Below, one piece after another: positions 59,041 to 64,000 of a DNA stretch of 64,000 bases. This DNA is from Macrostomum lignano. Taxonomy: Eukaryota. Below the pieces are notes generated by a model. That model was not told the DNA's origin, ran no database searches, and was given only the letters and a program-made list of their open reading frames with translations. Positions within the stretch are counted from its first letter, which is position 1. Every line of letters begins with the position of its first letter. The position numbers were made by a program, and so were the translations under genes. The stretch is taken from positions 1 through 64,000 of the forward strand of contig NIVC01003998.1 of NCBI GenBank assembly GCA_002269645.1. Direction: 5' to 3'.

Positions 59041-60052
59041 GAGTTATTGAAAAAGATAAAGTATTTGAAAGCGCGCCAGAATTTTTACGGTATTTTTGGA
59101 CGAAAAGTGACGACTAACAACTAACAACGAGTATAAATATTAATACAAAAATGAGTACAAATTACGAGGTATAGCTTTAATTGCGAGATTACTTTGGTAA
59201 GCAAAATGAGAGCGAGGCGACAATTTAAATTGGCGGGAAATTCTGGTTGACTTATCAAAAAACCTAAGATGACTTATCAAAAAAGTAATAATGCTTTTTT
59301 TGAACTTTTTTGAACTTTAATCGAAAAAAACTTTTGATAGAACCTAAAAATTTACGATGCTAACGACATCGTTACAGGTAGGCAAACATCTATTAAATAA
59401 AGCTAAACCCTAGTCAAGCCCTAGGTAGGCCAAGGCCATACTCATGACAAATGTGAAAATTTTGGATATTTTGATTATGAAGTATAGACTAAGCCTATAT
59501 AGCCTAATATAAGTTTACAAGGCAGTAGGAGGCAAAAATGCACAAAAATCAGTTATATTGTACTCCCAGACTTAGACTCACTTAGCTAATTATAACCATG
59601 TATAGCTAAGCTACAAAGTAAAAACAAAAGCTGATGCAGCACAACGGTTGTAAGTATGTGCAAAAAATGATACGTGCATACTAACTAATTACTAAAAGGC
59701 AAGGACCTTAGGTCCTTGCTAAAGGGTTACAAAAGTGTAGTTTCAAAGCTCCGGGCTTTATTTTAATTGTTTTAACAATTTTAACCGAAGAAAGTTATAG
59801 AAAATCCTAAATTACTCAGATTCGTACCGCGGTTATAAATTTCTTAAATCTTTCTTGAATATATTTTTATTGTTTTAATATTTTTCACGGAAACAAAATT
59901 TGGCAAAATTCGATTTAATAATGCGCGGATAGAAATTTCAGCATGCATCTCGTAGTGCGAATTGCTTCTCTTTTTTCTGCTATTTAAATTGCGTACAATA
60001 GCTTAGTTAAAAAATCTACTAAAACTTTCAATCACAATATATTTCTAATACA

Positions 60053-62190
60053 ATGCCTACATTTGGTGGCTCACCTACATGCCCAGCCTGCAAGAAGAAA
60101 GTGTACTTTGCGGAGGAAGTGAAATGTCTTAGGAATTCGTACCACAAATTTTGTCTGAAATGCTGTAAGTAAATTTCTATAGCATTTCCCTTTTTGGATT
60201 AAAAAACAAGTTTATGCTCACGATTTAATTGTAGCAGAGATTGCATATTTACTACTTAAAAGTCGCGAGATCAGGAAATATCAAATGAAGCGATTCTTAA
60301 TTTTATATCTCTGAAAGACTGTGAGGATTAAATCTTATACTTTATTAGGCCTGTGCAATAAGCTGCTTGACTCATCGACGGTGAACGACCACGAGGACAG
60401 GATTTACTGCCGGGCCTGCTACGCTAAGAACTTCGGTCCTAAAGGATACGGCTTTGCTGGCGGAGCCGCCGGACTGCAATCAGAGGGGCAGCCGTGAGTG
60501 CATAGTTCTCTTTAAATCACGGCCTTAGAAACCAACTATAATCGTTTAATCATTTTTATTAACTTCGTGCATTTCGTTTTTACATGTATTCGGAACTGAT
60601 CAAATATTATTTCAGCTTTTCGGTTCAAAAGTAAGTGATTAAAGCTTGAGACTTAAAAGTGACAGGAAAGGTTCAGCAGTCAAACTAAAACAACACACGC
60701 CCATAAAATAATTTGCACTTTCTAGTTCTACAATTCGATTTCATCAAACCGAATGTTTCGTTTTTCAATTTGCGTACCTGATTCAATTCGACCTCTTAAA
60801 TTTTCTATAAAATATTTTTTGCATCGAAAATAAATGACTTAGAAAAGTGAGCAGTTGCGGAGATAAATGAATTTGGTTGAATTATTCACTAAGCATGTAT
60901 AATGGAATTTGAGGCATTTGATTTCCTGTGCTAATATATTGCAATATAGCTTGGCATACATGTAAAGGCTCCAATTCGTCATATAGCAAGTGAAACACGA
61001 ACTTCCTGCCTTCTCCTTGCATTCAGCTGCTAAAATTGCACAACAGGTCGAGTTCCTCAGACACTGGCAATGCCAATATGCAGAGCCTTGCTTCTTGTTT
61101 ACTTAAATACTACTTTGCTAAAGACAAACTGGCAGCAAGTCTTTCTCCGTCTATCTTTTTGATTCTCTCTCCAAATGTGTACCTCATGACTCAATGCGGT
61201 CACATTGTTAATTTTATTCGCGTTGGGCAAAGAGAACAAGCCTCGCGGGACAAACGCCATGAGTGTTAATTGTGACACACAAGCAACACTTGCTTGCTTT
61301 GGCGGAAACCTGAGAGATTTCTCATTCCATTGGCTTTCTCTGAGAAGCCACCCTGCCGACCCAAGGACTTCTAGAAGTCTAGAAGTCCTTGTGCCGACCA
61401 CGGCACGTGACAAATTTCTCTCAAATAACACATTTTCTTTGAACAAATATTTCCTGTGCTGAGCTGAACAAATACTGACTGACTGACTGACTGACTGACT
61501 GACTGACTGACTGACTGACTGACTGACTGACTGACTGACTGACTGACTGACTGACTGACTGACTGACTGACTGACTGACTGACTGACTGACTGACTGACT
61601 GACTGACTGACTGACTGACTGACTGACTGACTGACTGACTGACTGACTGACTGACTGACTGACTGACTGACTGACTGACTGACTGACTGACTGACTGACT
61701 GACTGACTGACTGACTGACTGACTGACTGACTGACTGACTGACTGACTGACTGACTGACTGACTGACTGACTGACTGACTGACTGACTGACTGACTGACT
61801 GACTGACTGACTGACTGACTGACTGACTGACTGACTGACTGACTGACTGACTGACTGACTGACTGATCCAACTTATTTATTTTCAATCTCGCACTGGTCA
61901 GGAACCACGTTGAAAATGTCGCCACGGCCAGACCTTCGCCAAGCGCCGTCAAGTACGGCGGCGGCGGAGAGAAGTGCTCCCGCTGCTCCGGCTCGGTGTA
62001 TTTCAACGAGCGCCTCCAGGCCACTGGACGGGTGTTTCACCGGGCCTGCTTCAAGTGCGAGGACTGCTCCAAGCCGCTGGAACCGGGCGGCGAGTCCGAG
62101 CACAAGGGCCAAGTGTTTTGCCGCGGCTGCTACACGCGGAACCACGGACCGAAAGGTTTCGTGACCGGAAGTTCGATGCACGTTTCTTAA
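60053..62190 (+). CDS. CSRP: Cysteine/glycine-rich two-LIM protein (CRP/MLP family); exons 60053-60164, 60349-60493, optional 60616-60630, 61902-62190
   Basis: LIM1 CPACKKKVYFAEE...HKFCLKC.LCNKLLDS...YCRACYAKNFGPKGYGFAGGAAGL; LIM2 KYGGGGEKCSRCSGSVYFNE...HRACFKCEDC...CRGCYTRNHGPKG; consistent splice phases. Confidence 0.93.
61474..61866. repeat. (GACT)~98 microsatellite in the last CRP intron
   Basis: Perfect tetranucleotide run ending about 35 nt before the acceptor. Confidence 0.99.
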
Positions 62191-62384
62191 GATTATCCGA
62201 CGCATCAACGAAAATTTTGAATTGATGTCTATTCTAGATCACAGATAATGAAGTTGCTAAAATAAACACTAAAAGTTATCAATCGACAATCGCACACGCT
62301 ACGTTTTCTTTTCAAACACCTACCTTACTCTGTTTGAAATCCCAGCCACCAATTTTAATGGCACCACTTCATGCAATATCTTCC

Positions 62385-63030
62385 CTTCAGCTTCCAAGCC
62401 ACCTCACTCCCCCAACCCCTAAACAACCCTCAGCTTCACAGCCACCTCACTCCCCAACCTCTAAACAACCCTCAGCTTCACAGCCACCTCACTCCCCCAA
62501 CCTCTAAACAACCCTCAGCTTCCCAGCCACCTCACTCCCCAACCCCTAAACAACCCTCAGCTTCCCAGCCACCTCACTCCCCAACCCCTAAACAACCCTC
62601 AGCTTCCCAGCCACCTCACTCCCCAACCCCTAAACAACCCTTCAGCTTCCCAGCCACCTCACTCCCCCAACCCCTAAACAACCCTCAGCTTCCCAGCCAC
62701 CTCACTCCCCCAACCCCTAAACAACCCTCAGCTTCCCAGCCACCTCACTCCCCAACCCCTAAACAACCCTCAGCTTCCCAGCCAACTCACTCCCCCAACC
62801 CCTAAACAACCCTCAGCTTCCCAGCCACCTCATTCCCCCAACCCCTAAACAACCCTCATCAGTTTCACAGCCACCTCACTCTCCCAACCCCTAAACAACC
62901 CTTCAGCTTCCCAGCCACCTCATTCCCCCAACCCCTAAACAACCCTCATCAGTTTCACAGCCACCTCACTCTCCCCACCCTACCCTTACCTCAGTTTCCC
63001 AGCCGCCCCACTTCCCAACCCCTACCCTCC
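62385..63030. repeat. 42-43-bp C-rich minisatellite
   Basis: CAGCTTCCCAGCCACCTCACTCCCCCAACCCCTAAACAACCCT units. Confidence 0.95.
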
Positions 63031-63735
63031 CCTCAGTGTTACACAGCCAGATTGAACACGATTGCAGGCATCTGAGAATCTCCTTAACCGTGAATCAGCT
63101 TGGCAGCAGAAGTCTACAGTGTATAAACTCGTACTTTGCTTCGAATCTTGTATAAACATTTATTTAGCAACACAAGACATTAAATGTTACACACGCAAAA
63201 GTTTTGATACTACTATAATATGCACATAAAAATACATTGCTAATTAGCACGGTTATAGCTCTCATAACATTCCCTTCTGCAAATATCGAAATATAATAGA
63301 TATTTATGACAACTGATTTCTGTTGAAAGCACTTCTCGTACTCAACAATTCTACTCAATGAAAATACTTTTTTTAACAATCTTTGTTCATTTCTTACCTG
63401 ATTTTTTACTATATAGCTAATTCAAATTTTATACAATTAAATAAACAGTTCCGCAGAAACCTATGAAATAAAATAGCAATAAATGCAGGCAATATTTACA
63501 TGCGATTTCGCTGCCTTTTTGCTTACATATAAAAAATTCGCAGACGGTACTACTTACAATACAAGTAGTCTAGTATCTGATATAGTAGATTTATTCTACT
63601 TTAAATTAGAAATACGGATTTTTTTTTAGAAAGCTAACTAACAATCAGCCCCCGTTGGGGAGACAACAAAGAAAGGAATTAAACAGGGGTATTATTTACG
63701 TTCTCCGGGATTTTATTTTGTTAATATCCAATATA

Positions 63736-64000
63736 CGAGGGGTGTCCCAAAAGTTCCCGGAATGTCTAACGTAGCTCTTCAACGGAGCCATGATGTTTCA
63801 CGCCCTTGGTGTCAAATGAAAGGAAGTTTTGTCACGAAGAAAATGAAGTTAAAAGCATGTTGATATCTGTTTTTATTCAGGAGCTGCAGCAAGAAACGTG
63901 CGCAAAGGTCAGGGGTACTGTTACACAACCTCACATATCACTGAAAATAATTTTTCATCTTCGTTTTTGGATATTTTCATTTTGAATTCGTGCTACTAAC
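63736..64000. mobile_element. Terminus of a mariner-like element, cut off by the window end
   Basis: TA followed by CGAGGGGTGTCCCAAAAGT, the same TIR type as at 21757. Confidence 0.65.

Overview
Eukaryotic (metazoan) genomic DNA: GT-AG spliced genes, GC-rich Ala-rich exons, introns filled with minisatellites, and many transposons. The overall style suggests a free-living flatworm such as Macrostomum, but that is inference only. Recognisable host genes are DOHH (+, 41178-43193), MFF/Tango11 (-, 50496-52425) and a two-LIM CRP/MLP gene (+, 60053-62190). There is also an intronless divergent LIM gene (6963-7946), a 2-TM orphan (48049-49386) and several other orphans. The main feature is a very young 9.2-kb Ty3/gypsy LTR retrotransposon (9741-18902; LTRs differ by one base; CTTT target duplication). 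Its Gag-Pol carries a CSDE1/UNR-like cold-shock domain directly after the CCHC knuckle, a degenerate dUTPase-like fold between protease and RT, a duplicated RNase H C-terminal motif, and a frame-preserving hydrophobic repeat ORF at the env position. Large blocks (about 19.3-25.4 kb and 52.5-56.6 kb) are transposon graveyards (mariner, Merlin, hAT-like) whose CpGs have been almost completely converted to TpG/CpA/TpA. No CRISPR, rRNA or confident tRNA gene was found.
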